A stretch of 64,000 bases of DNA from Zygnema circumcarinatum SAG 698-1b (taxonomy: Eukaryota > Plantae > Zygnematophyceae): positions 1,674,001 to 1,738,000 of the forward strand of contig CM074820.1 of assembly GCA_037447605.1 (NCBI GenBank), in the 5' to 3' direction. The notes under the pieces were generated by a model. It did no database searches. It saw only the letters and a list, made by a program, of their open reading frames with translations, and had not been told where the DNA came from. A program made the translations under genes and the position numbers. Shown here piece by piece: positions 12,306-22,913 of the stretch. Position 1 is the stretch's first letter. The number at the start of each line of letters is the position of its first letter.

Positions 12306-15300
12306 CTCTACCGTCGATTCCATGTCTATTGCCCTCAGAAGGGAACGGCCCTTGGACCAACCCGTGTTCCTTGTATGGTTCCGCACTGAGATTCCATGAC
12401 CTGTGTCGCGTTCAGTGCAACCTCAGTTGCACAACTCACAAATATATACAGTCAATTTGTCAGCCCTGGTTCAAAAAAACAGTGCCACGTGGCACATCCT
12501 CATTGACAGTACCACAGACAGTAAGCGACAACGTTTGACACTCAAACAGTTCCGTCGCGCTACGTGTCGCAATCGCAGCCGTCCGACCTTGGCAAAACCA
12601 CGCGCCTTCGATTCCGTATCCTCCAATGACGACGTGCCACATCAGCAATTTGTCACGTGTCCAACCACTATTGGTTGAACCGATCGCATATCTCTGCGAC
12701 AGCGCATGGACGCCTTCCTCTCCGGCTAGAACTTCCTCTCCATCTCTCCCCCTAACTCTACCTCTTTCTCTCCCTCTCTCCCCTCCCCTTCCCTCTCGCC
12801 CGCTCTCACTTCCTCCCACTCCCTCTTTCCTCCCTCCCCCTCGCGCTCACACTTCCTCTCCCTCTCTCCCCTCCCTCTCCATCTCCCTCTCTCTCTCCCC
12901 CTCACACTTCCTCTCCCTCTCTCCGCCTCCCTCTCCCTCTCCCTCCCCCCCTCCCTCCCTCTTCCTCTTCCACTCTCTCACACAATCAACAAAAACCAAC
13001 GATCCCCTGTAGCTTAAATTAAAAATCAAACCTGCCATCCAGCCAAGGGCGCATTCAGGAATCTAATTCAGATTGGGCTGACCAATAAGGGAAAAAAAAT
13101 CTGAATTTCGAGAGTGTGTATCTTTGCTATCAGTTGCTGACAGCTTTTCAAAATTGAGGGGCGACATGCCCCCCCCTCGCCTCTGCCTCAAGCTCATACT
13201 ATGTTCGCATGTTCTCTCCACTCCGTTCTTCACGACAGTTCTATGAACGCCAGAAATGCGCAAAAAATCCGTTGCACCAAAATCCCACATCTAGAAACAG
13301 CGATGTGGCTTTAGTTATAAGTTTAATTCATTCCCAGCGCTAACGCTTCCCGCGTGTCCCTATCCGCCCGCCCTAACGCGCTGTCTATCTATCCCGTGTA
13401 ACTGAGCGTAAACTGGCATAGAACGCTCGCGGAGCCCTTCAGCTCGCTCGCCTTTATCTGAGATATGCAGCGGCTCCGCAGCCACGTCAGCACGGCATCT
13501 GCAACGGAACGGAACGGAGGCACATGGAAACATTCAGCACTGTCACGGTCACAGAAGTTCCAACCACAAGGAAAGACGCGCACTGGCATGAATGGCCAAA
13601 CCCTTACGAAATAAAAAAGGTTTAAAGGAGCCAAATAAGAAACAATGAAACAATCTACGGCAACAGTAAGGGCCAATTCAAGCCTTGCAAGGCTCGCACA
13701 AGACGAATATTTTTTGAACCTCCAAAGAAAAAAGGAAAGAGGGAAAGCCTCCCTCGAAAGTAGGGGAACCCCCCTCCACCCCACAAAAAACCAGAAATTG
13801 CCCGAGGGACGCAGAAGAAGAAAAAAAGAAAGTTGAAAGAAAAGAAAAGGACGGGGTTGCCACAAAGATGAGAGGAAAAAATTCTTACTTGAGTAGGAGG
13901 CAATCGCATACGCGTATCCGGTGGCGAAGTCGCGCTCTTGCTCTATTTGTCGCCATTTTCCGTCCTTAGTTTTGTAAACGGGAGCATGGAGCCAGTCGGA
14001 GTTCCCGCGGACGATTGTGTACGGCACCTTTCTCCGCGCAAAGGCGTTGTATCTGAAAAAAAAAAATCATTCAAAAATCAATAAAAATAGGCAACAAGAA
14101 AACAAACCCACATGGAAAAAATCTGCAAGTTTCATCCTCCCTCTTTTCTGAAGTTTTGAAAAAACTGCTGAAAGCTGCGACGTGACACGACGTGACATGA
14201 CAGCTTACTGCTGGATGGCCATGGCCACTCCGATGGCTTCCATGGCGGACACTGCGATGACATGCTTTTGAGTGAAGCGCTTCTTCCCCTTCCACACTTC
14301 GTTCAACAAAAGAGCCGTGAAATTTCGCGCGCTCATGTCCCACGGCACGCCCGAGTAGAAGAACTGCCCGTCCGCCTAAAAAAGAAGGGCGGAGTCAACG
14401 GGTTAAAAACTCGCACTCTCTGCCAGAATGCGTTGACCGACTCGCCATGGATTGTCCTAGAACGAGAGAGAAAGTTGTTGTTGTTCAAGTTTGCTCTCAT
14501 GCTTTCAAGGTCGGTCAAGGTCGGTCAAGATCGGTCGTACCTCGGAGCAGGTTTGGTGGTCATAGGCGGTGTTCCGCGCGTCGGGATAATCGTATCGATA
14601 TCGGACCCCAGTTCCGGCGGACATGTTGCCGAAGTAGATTTTCTCGTTGTAGAGGACGGCCTTGGAGCGCTTCGGCCTGCTGCTGAAGGCCATCGCGCTC
14701 ATCGCCGCGCGGTAGAGCTGCCGGGCGAGGACCACACTCGCGCGGGTCTGGAAAAGAGAGAGAGGGCAAAGTAGATGTTCTGAGTGAATGTTCAGGGGGA
14801 ACGCTTGTCCTTTATGGAGAGATTGGAAGAGGGAGAGAGTGAGAGAGGAAGCCGGTAGGAAGAGTCAGAGGGAGAGAGGAACAGAAGGGAAATGGCGAGA
14901 GGAAATAACACTGCTTCAGAGCAAGAATGAGGAGACAACGAGAACGGGAGGGAGCGAACACCAATGAAGTTAACACTGACACTGAAACAAGGAAAGGAGA
15001 GAGAGCACAAGAAAGAGAACGGGAACAGCGAGCTCCGTATGGAGAGTATAAGAGACAGGGAAGAAGGGGGAGGAGAGAAAGGAGAGAGAGAGAGGAGAGA
15101 GAGAGAGCGAGAGAGAGAGAGAGAGAAAGAAAGAGAGAGAGAGGGAGAGAGAGCGAGAGAGGGAGAGAGAGAGAGAAAACATACCGCGGAGGTGAAGATG
15201 CACTGGCCATAGAGGAAGGAGGCAGCGGGGCCAAAGATGTCCTGCGGGTAGCTGTCGACATTCGGGAAGCCCTTGCACTGCTGCGTCCAGTCCGTCTGCT

Positions 15301-16112
15301 GACACTCCCAATTGATCGCGAACGGGGACACGCACAGGTCGCCGAGCCGCGTCACCTGCGCTCGCTCGCACGCGCCAATGTCGGTGCGAGCAACTCAACA
15401 TTGTTCCTTGCATGCATGCATGCATGCGCGCGCGCATGTTGTTGGGGCAGCGCGGGCGGGCCCGCACCTTCCTGCTCGGGTTCGGCGCGCCCTCCGCGTT
15501 GAGGACTCCGCCGACCTGCGCCGACCACCCCGACGTGCCCGCGTACACGACGGAGGCGATGTACGGACGGCACTTCAGCAGCTCCGTCACGCATGTGATG
15601 ATGATGATGCTACGGGTTGTACGGACTGTTGTACGGAATCTGTACGAATACATGTACGGACATGTGTACGGATACTATACGGAATATGTACGGGCGAAAG
15701 AGAGACTGCGCATGTGAGAGAGTTCAGGAAGGTCTGTGCAGGAAGAGAAGTGTCAGGCGGAGGAGAAGCGTCTGGCGAAGCGTCGCAAATGTATGGTGCT
15801 CAAGAAGGAGGATTCAGAAAGGAGAATTCTGGAAGCTTAGACATTGGGTAGAAAAGAAGCGCTGCGCAGATGTAGAAGACAGTGAAGAGAGAACAGGAAG
15901 AGAGAAGAGAGGATGAAGTGATCTGTAATGAGGCCTCATATGAAATAAAGAAGTGTTTATGAGTTGTGTGTTGATCTTGTGAGAACATGTGTTTTGTATG
16001 TCAAGCTTGAATGTGTTCTCTTCTGTCACAATGTGGTATCAGAGCTGAGTGATTGAAAGCTGGTTGATAATTTATTGAGAGAGCAAGTGAGTAAGCAAGT
16101 GAGTGATTCTGA

Positions 16113-17123
16113 GTGAGATCGAAAATGAGTAAGCGGAGTGATGAAGGGAAAATATTCTTCGATGGAACTAACTATGCAGCATGGGAGATATTCGCGAAGA
16201 TCAAGCTGCAGAAGAAAGGATGCTGGAAAATCGTGGAAGGTACATCTGCTAAACCAGCGGCGGCAGGACCAGAGTTGGAGAAATGGCAGGAATTAGACGA
16301 TGAGGCAAAATATCAGATTGCTAGCTTAGTAGATAAGAAGCATCTTATTCTGCTAGGGGGCAAGGATACTGCGAAGGAGATGTGGGATAAGTTAAAGGAG
16401 ATTTATTTGAAGAAGTCTATGGCTGTGAGAAATTCCCTCTGGACAGAATTGACGACCTTAAGTCTATCAAGGAGAGAGTCAATAGATGAGTTTATTTTAA
16501 GATTTGAAGTTCTGGTAAGACAGTATGAGGATGTAGGGGGAACTATCTCTGAGGAACAACAGGTCCATACGATCTTACGGTGTTGTGAAGAGAGAGCCTC
16601 CAGAGATGTCGGGAACATAAAAACTCAACAGTTGAGCGATGTAGAGTCAGTGAAAGCTATTTTAAGGGCAGCAGAATCTGAGCAGAACGATAAGCAGAGG
16701 TTTCAGAAGTTCATAGGTCATAGGCCTCAGACTAGTGAGGCCTTCCACAGTCAAAGCGGAGATGAGGATGGAGGAGAACAGGTGGAAGCCTACGCAGCCA
16801 ACTACAAAGGCAGAGGACGTGGAGCAAGAGGGGGTGCCTTCCGTGGAGGTCCATCGTTTGGAAGAGGACGCACAGGTCAGGCCCAGGCCCAGCAGGCAGC
16901 ATGTTTCAATTGTGGAAAACCTGGACATCTTGCCAAGGATTGCTGGAGCAGTTCAAGGAGTTCTGGAGCAGGAAATGGTGCAGCTACCGGAAGAGGCGTT
17001 TGGAGAGGCGTTAGTGGACAGAATGAAGACACAAGAGGAGAAGGATGTTTTGTGTGTGGAAAGCCAGGTCATTTTGCTCGGGATTGCTTTCATAAACCGC
17101 AAGGTAGAGGAAGAGGCGGCTGA
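16113..17123 (+). CDS. gag: Copia Gag with two CCHC zinc knuckles
   Basis: Copia-type N-terminus (FDGTNYAAWE...), CFNCGKPGHLAKDC and CFVCGKPGHFARDC, and RGG-rich linkers; ends at TGA 17121-17123. Confidence 0.9.
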   Translation: MRSKMSKRSDEGKIFFDGTNYAAWEIFAKIKLQKKGCWKIVEGTSAKPAAAGPELEKWQELDDEAKYQIASLVDKKHLILLGGKDTAKEMWDKLKEIYLKKSMAVRNSLWTELTTLSLSRRESIDEFILRFEVLVRQYEDVGGTISEEQQVHTILRCCEERASRDVGNIKTQQLSDVESVKAILRAAESEQNDKQRFQKFIGHRPQTSEAFHSQSGDEDGGEQVEAYAANYKGRGRGARGGAFRGGPSFGRGRTGQAQAQQAACFNCGKPGHLAKDCWSSSRSSGAGNGAATGRGVWRGVSGQNEDTRGEGCFVCGKPGHFARDCFHKPQGRGRGG

Positions 17124-20100
17124 AGAGGCGGCATTAGAGGACTTGCAGCTTCAGTGAGAAATCTTCAAGGAGGTTCAGAGGAAGATGAGGAGTCAGCTTA
17201 TCGTTTGGAGGAGAAGGAGCAACGTGCAGATTGGATAGTGGATAGTGGCGCATCACATCATATTTGTGCAAATAGAGACGAATTTGTGGAGATGAGGAAA
17301 TTGGCAGTTCCAAAGATCCTTCGGACAGCCAATGGAGGAGAGGAGATCGTGGATGAAGTCGGGACAGTGAAGCTGAATTTGATAATGCGACCACAACAAG
17401 AGGAAGTACTCGTTTCAGAGGTCATGTATGCTCCAAGCCTTGAAAAGAACCTAATGTCAGTGAGGCAGCTTGCTAGAAATGGCATGAATGTTAATTTCTT
17501 TGGAGATAGATGCATAGTGAGAAGGCCAAATGGGCACTTGGCTTTGGAGGCATATGATGATGGGAATCTCTACAGAGTTAGATGTGCAAGAGGCAAGAAA
17601 GGAAGGAATTTTATAGAGTCACATGTGTTGAGAGCATACGCTGCAGATGCTGATTTATGGCACAGGAGGTTAGGCCATCTCAGTTGGAGGTCGTTAGTAG
17701 CAATGAGTAAGAAGGAGATGGTGGCAGGATTGGAGGCTTTGAGCAGTAAGGAAATGCAGCATAGTTGTAAAGGATGTGAGGAAGGGAAACTAAAGCAGAA
17801 AGCATTAAAGCGGCTGGATGAGACCATTCGAACAAGGAAACGATTGGAGCTTGTGCACATGGATGTGTGCGCATCAGATGTAGAGAGCATTGGCGGCAAT
17901 CATTATTTCCTTACTATTGTTGATGACTACAGCAGGAAAGTTTGGGTGCGGATGATCCGGCATAAGCATGAAGTCTTCAAAGCTTTTCTGGGCTGGAAAG
18001 CAATGGTGGAGAGAGAGAGTGGAGAGTTAGTGAAAAGGATAAAGACTGACAATGGGGGCGAATTCAAAAACAGGAGTTTTGAACAGATGTGTGCAGAGAC
18101 AGGTATAAGGCAGGCATTCACTGCCCCTTATACACCGCAGCAAAATGGAGTTGCAGAGAGGATGAACAAGTCCCTCATGGACATTGCAAGGTGCAACCTG
18201 GTGGAGAGTAATCTTCCAGAAAACCTCTGGGCTGAAGCAGTCACTGCAGCAGCCTACATCAAGAACAGGAGCTACAACTCTTTGCTGAAGGAGCAGACTC
18301 CACAAGAAAGGTGGGCAGGTTCAAAGCCCAATATTTCTCATCTTAGAGTGTGGGGGAGTAGGTGTACTGTTTGGATCCCTCAACATCAGAGAAGTTGGAA
18401 GATGGCAGCTAGAGGGAGAACAGGTTTTATGGTTGGCTATAGCCGGGACAGTTACCAGTACAGGATTTATGACCCTCAGATGCAGCAGGTTATCACGAGC
18501 AGAAATGTGCAGTTCTATGAGGATGAGTATATTCAGAAGGAGGACAGGCAGCAGCCAAGGAGATTCAGTTATCAGCCCGCAGATGATAGTGATGAGGAGG
18601 ACACAGATGAGAGTGATGATGAAGAGACACCAAGGAAGTCAGCAAGGAAGGAGACAAGACCAGTGGAGACAGCGCAGGAGGAGCAGCCTCAAAGGGAGAC
18701 AAGAGGAGATTCCAGCGCAACAGAATTGAGGAGATCAGAGAGACCAAAGAAGCCGATAGTGAAGTTGACATCAGACAGAATTGGAGAACTACATATGGCT
18801 GAGGAGAAGAAAGGAGGGAGACATAGACTTTCAATTGGGACAATTTATTGCAATCAGGTGGTAATTGGAGAACCACAGAGTTATCAAGAAGCTTTGGAAG
18901 GAGAAGATGGAGAGAAGTGGAAAGGAGCAATAGATAGTGAGTGGAACAGCTTGTTGGAGAACAAAACTTGGACTTTGGAGGAGTTGCGAGAAGGGAGGAC
19001 AGCAATTGGCGCTAAATGGGTGTTCAAGAAGAAGCTGAAGTCAGATGGAAGCATTGAGAGATACAAGGCCAGATTAGTTGCCAAGGGATATAGTCAGATT
19101 GAAGGGATTGATTTCACAGAGACTTTTGCTCCAGTAGTGAAGATAGAGAGCTTGAGGAGCATGTTAGCTATTGCAGCTGAGAAAGGATGGCACATTCATC
19201 AGATGGATGTGAAGACAGCCTTTCTGAATGGAGAATTAGAGGAGGAGATATTCATGGAGCAGCCAGAAGGAAAGGTGGAGCCAGGAAAGGAAAATTTAGT
19301 TTGCAGGTTGAAGAAATCCATCTATGGACTGAAGCAAGCTCCAAGGCTTTGGTATGAGAAGCTTCATCAAGTGTTGTTGAAGGAGCAATGTGAGAGGTTT
19401 GATTCAGATCATTCAGTTTACAGAAGAGGAGTTGGTGAGAAAATGGTTGTTATTGGTGTGTATGTGGATGACTTGGTCATTGCTGGACCAAGCTTGCAGG
19501 AAATCAAGAAGCTGAAGAAGACTTTGATGAGACACTTTAAAATGTCTGACTTAGGGGAAGCTGAATACATTCTCGGTATCCAGATTCAGAGGGGGACAGA
19601 TGGATCTATATTTATGAATCAGAGGAAGTACATGGGGGAGATCTTGGAGAAATTCGAAATGAAGGATGCTAAACCAGTGAGTACCCCATTAGATGTGAGT
19701 GTGAAGTTGACAAGTGAAATGTGTCCCAGGACTGAGAGAGAAAGGGAGTACATGAAGGGGGTCCCTTATAGATCAGCAGTAGGAAGTCTGATGTATCTCA
19801 TGACTTCTACCAGACCAGATCTTGCAGCGGCTGTTGGAATGCTGAGCAGGTTTCTGAATGATCCAGGAAAGGCGCATTGGGAAGCAGTGAAGAGAGTCAT
19901 GCGCTATGTGAAGGGGACTTTGGATACAGGATTGAAGTTCCAAAAGATTGAAGGAGAGCCAACAGTGATTGGCTATTGTGATTCAGATTGGGGAGGATGT
20001 GTTGATACAGGCAGAAGCACCAGTGGATATATCTTTGTTTGTGCAGGAGCAGCAATTTCATGGAACAGCAAACTTCAGGAGTGTGTGGCGTTGAGCAGTG

Positions 20101-20348
20101 CAGAAGCTGAGTACATGGCGGCGTGTCATGCAGCGAAAGAAGCTAAGTGGCTGCAGCAGTTGTTTGCAGAGTTGAAGGAACCGCAGCCAAAGTTATTAAT
20201 GTGGAGTGATAGTCAGAGTTGCATTGCTTTAGTTAAGAACCCAGTTTATCACAAGAGGACAAAGCATATAGATTTGAAGTATCATTTCATTCGTGAGTTA
20301 GTGACCAAGAAGGAGATTGAGCTGAANNNNNNNNNNGAAGGAGATTGA
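17124..20348 (+). CDS. pol: Copia Pol (protease-integrase-RT-RNase H), in frame with gag
   Basis: WIVDSGASHH protease; GAG-pre-integrase LWHRRLGH; integrase HMD...TDNGGEF...QQNGVAERMN; RT RYKARLVAKG, QMDVKTAFLNG, YVDD; RNase H GYCDSDWGG...SSAEAEY...SDSQS...RTKHIDLKYHFIRE. There is a small assembly gap at 20328-20337. Confidence 0.95.
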   Translation, partial: RGGIRGLAASVRNLQGGSEEDEESAYRLEEKEQRADWIVDSGASHHICANRDEFVEMRKLAVPKILRTANGGEEIVDEVGTVKLNLIMRPQQEEVLVSEVMYAPSLEKNLMSVRQLARNGMNVNFFGDRCIVRRPNGHLALEAYDDGNLYRVRCARGKKGRNFIESHVLRAYAADADLWHRRLGHLSWRSLVAMSKKEMVAGLEALSSKEMQHSCKGCEEGKLKQKALKRLDETIRTRKRLELVHMDVCASDVESIGGNHYFLTIVDDYSRKVWVRMIRHKHEVFKAFLGWKAMVERESGELVKRIKTDNGGEFKNRSFEQMCAETGIRQAFTAPYTPQQNGVAERMNKSLMDIARCNLVESNLPENLWAEAVTAAAYIKNRSYNSLLKEQTPQERWAGSKPNISHLRVWGSRCTVWIPQHQRSWKMAARGRTGFMVGYSRDSYQYRIYDPQMQQVITSRNVQFYEDEYIQKEDRQQPRRFSYQPADDSDEEDTDESDDEETPRKSARKETRPVETAQEEQPQRETRGDSSATELRRSERPKKPIVKLTSDRIGELHMAEEKKGGRHRLSIGTIYCNQVVIGEPQSYQEALEGEDGEKWKGAIDSEWNSLLENKTWTLEELREGRTAIGAKWVFKKKLKSDGSIERYKARLVAKGYSQIEGIDFTETFAPVVKIESLRSMLAIAAEKGWHIHQMDVKTAFLNGELEEEIFMEQPEGKVEPGKENLVCRLKKSIYGLKQAPRLWYEKLHQVLLKEQCERFDSDHSVYRRGVGEKMVVIGVYVDDLVIAGPSLQEIKKLKKTLMRHFKMSDLGEAEYILGIQIQRGTDGSIFMNQRKYMGEILEKFEMKDAKPVSTPLDVSVKLTSEMCPRTEREREYMKGVPYRSAVGSLMYLMTSTRPDLAAAVGMLSRFLNDPGKAHWEAVKRVMRYVKGTLDTGLKFQKIEGEPTVIGYCDSDWGGCVDTGRSTSGYIFVCAGAAISWNSKLQECVALSSAEAEYMAACHAAKEAKWLQQLFAELKEPQPKLLMWSDSQSCIALVKNPVYHKRTKHIDLKYHFIRELVTKKEIELXXXXEGD

Positions 20349-22913
20349 GCTGAAATATGTTCATACGACTGAGCAGGCAGCTGATATGATGACTAAGGCA
20401 GGGACAGGACCAATGATTGGTAGATGTTGCAGACTTGTAGGTTTGATGAGTGCTTGAGTTGATCAACCCTTGCATCAAGAGGGGGAATTGTGATGATGAT
20501 GATGCTACGGGTTGTACAGACTGTTGTACGGAAGCTGTACGGATATATGTACGGACATGTGTACGGATACTATACGGAATATGTACGGGCGAAAGAGAGA
20601 CTGCGCATGTGAGAGAGTTCAGGAAGGTCTGTGCAGGAAGAGAAGTGTCAGGCGGAGGAGAAGCGTTTGGCGAAGCGTCGCAAATGTATGGTGCTCAAGA
20701 AGGAGGATTCAGAAAGGAAAATTCTGGAAGCTTAGACATTGGGTAGAAAAGAAGCGCTGCGCAGATGTAGAAGACAGTGAAGAGAGAACAGGAAGAGAGA
20801 AGAGAGGATGAAGTGATTTGTAATGAGGCCTCATATGAAATAAAGAAGTGTTTATGAGTTGTGTGTTGATCTTGTGAGAACATGTGTTTTGTATGTCAAG
20901 CTTGAATGTGTTCTCTTCTGTCACAACGCAGAGGGCGGCCGTCAGCGGCCCGATGCCTGCACGCGCGGGGATAGGGCCACACTGATATTGATTATGATGC
21001 CTGCATGCATGGGATAGGGCCACACTGATATTGATACTGATGCCTGCATGCATGGGATAGTAGCACAGTGCTATTGATAATGATGCCTGCATGCATGGGA
21101 ATAGGGCCACAGCGCTATGGATGATAATGCGTACATGAGGAACAATGGAGACTTGGAGGGAGCACCTTTCTCTAGAGGGGATGGGGGGGGGGGGGCCGTT
21201 ACCGGTGGTGACGAGGACGACGGGCTGCCCCATAATGACGCCGAAACTTTTGCCGCCGCAGACCGTCTCGTTGCTGCCAATCGCGTGGCCGCTTTTGAGG
21301 TTCTCCGAGAAGTACTTCTCTTCGGCGCTGCCCGAAAAGCTGCCCGGGTCGGCCACGAGCAGCGCCACGCGCTTCACCCCGCCGAAGTGCGCGCAGGGCG
21401 CCATCTTGGCGGAGGCGGACCTGCGAGACGGGGCGGGCGGGGTTAGGGCGGAAGGGGGTTAGGGTTCAGACCGAGGGCGGACGGCTCTGGGAGGGAGAGG
21501 CATGCGCGTAGGGGCCAATGCATGCATCCATGGACCCATGCGTGCATCCATCCATGCATGCATGGATGGGTCCGCGCTCACCACAAGAGGGCGCAGAGGA
21601 GCGTCACAGCCAGCAGGCGCACGAGGGAGGGCGCCGCCATGGCGGAAAGGGAGAGAGAGAGAGAGAGAGACGAGAGAGAGAGAGATAAGAGAGAGAGTTG
21701 AGGTGAGAGGGAAGAGTAAGGTGGGCGGAGGTATGGGGAGCGCCAGAGGCAGCTCGACAGCCAGACTACCATACGACAAACTATAGTACGGACAGTTAGG
21801 ATTCTGTACAGTACAGTACATATTTGTACGGTTCTTTCGGGCGGGCAAACGACTGTAGTGTATGCGGGCAGAAGCAAAATGTCAAACGGGGACCAAAAAG
21901 CAAAGCATTGATTGGTGGAGGGCAGAACCTAAATTTCGTACTTCCTAGGCGAGAATGTCGGTGGAGTGTCCTTACCGGCGCACGTGTCAGTCCACCGTCC
22001 GGCGCTGGTGTCGACCAATCAGAGGGCCCTCTTGGTACACGTGGCACTTAGCCATTGGCTTTACGTAGTGTACGTTGACACGTTGGAATCCGGACGATGC
22101 GAAGAGAGATGAGGCGAGGGGACGTGACAGCTCGACTGCACGACTGTGCCGTCGTGTACGACAAGTGACCGTACGAGCAGTAGCTTCCGTACACATTTTT
22201 ACGGAACACGGCCGGCTTGGGGTAACGACCGCTACGCCAAGCGGGCAGAAAGAAAATTTTCAAAAGGTTTAGAGCAGCCTAATGCACGGCTGCGATTGGT
22301 CTTTGACAAAAATTGAGATTGTTTTTGGACGGTGGATTGTCGGTGGAGCCTCATCTGATTGGCTGATTAAAAATCAAACAAATCACAAAAGAGGATAAGT
22401 TTTGTTGGGTAGGAGCCCATTGAGAAGGACCGTTTGGGACACGTGTTATTTGACCTTTGGCGCTTTCCAATGTTCGTTTGTCACGTCACGTTTCAAGAGG
22501 AGCTTTCAAGAAGCTCGCAAAGCAACAAGCCGCACAGCGCAGAACGTTACCCACGTCATGCAGACGTCAGCAAGACCATTCTAGTCAATCAGGAGCCAGC
22601 AAGAACTCCGGTTCGCGCTTGAGCTGTGGCCTTATCACATCCATCCTGTCGTTCGCGGGATGGTTGACAATATATCGGAATATTGCCAGCGTATCGAATC
22701 TTGCCATCACAAGTCGGAGGACCACTGATTGGCTCGCAAACCGTTGTAGGACAACCATTTGGACGCCAATGGTTGCCTATCCAATGGTTGGCAGCAAGTG
22801 CCTGAGTTTTTAGGGTTTTGCTGGCGCTCTCTCTCTCTTTCCCGATTTTGAAGGAAACCGAAGCAATGTAGGATCTAAACGAACAATTATATTTTATTTT
22901 TGGATTTTTTTTT

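Larger units (their letters stand above)
15594..20925 (+). mobile_element. Full-length Ty1/copia LTR retrotransposon (5332 bp)
   Basis: 437-bp TG...CA LTRs at 15594-16030 and 20489-20925, with about 7 mismatches counted by eye. 5-bp TSD ACGCA at 15589-15593 and 20926-20930. PBS TGGTATCAGAGC (tRNA-iMet) at 16034-16045. PPT AAGAGGGGGAAT precedes the 3' LTR. Domain order is gag-PR-IN-RT-RH. Confidence 0.97.
13389..21640 (-). pseudogene. Left paralogue of the secreted nucleoside-phosphorylase-fold gene, interrupted in exon 3 by a copia element
   Basis: Exons match the intact copy at 29994-32869 nearly residue for residue. The coding sequence ALCV|TELLK is split by the LTR element with TSD ACGCA. 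Confidence 0.85.

Noticed and set aside
20338-20352. Apparent frameshift or short duplication at the end of copia RNase H
   Set aside because: GAAGGAGATTGAGCTGAA is repeated either side of a 10-n gap, which is a contig-overlap artefact.
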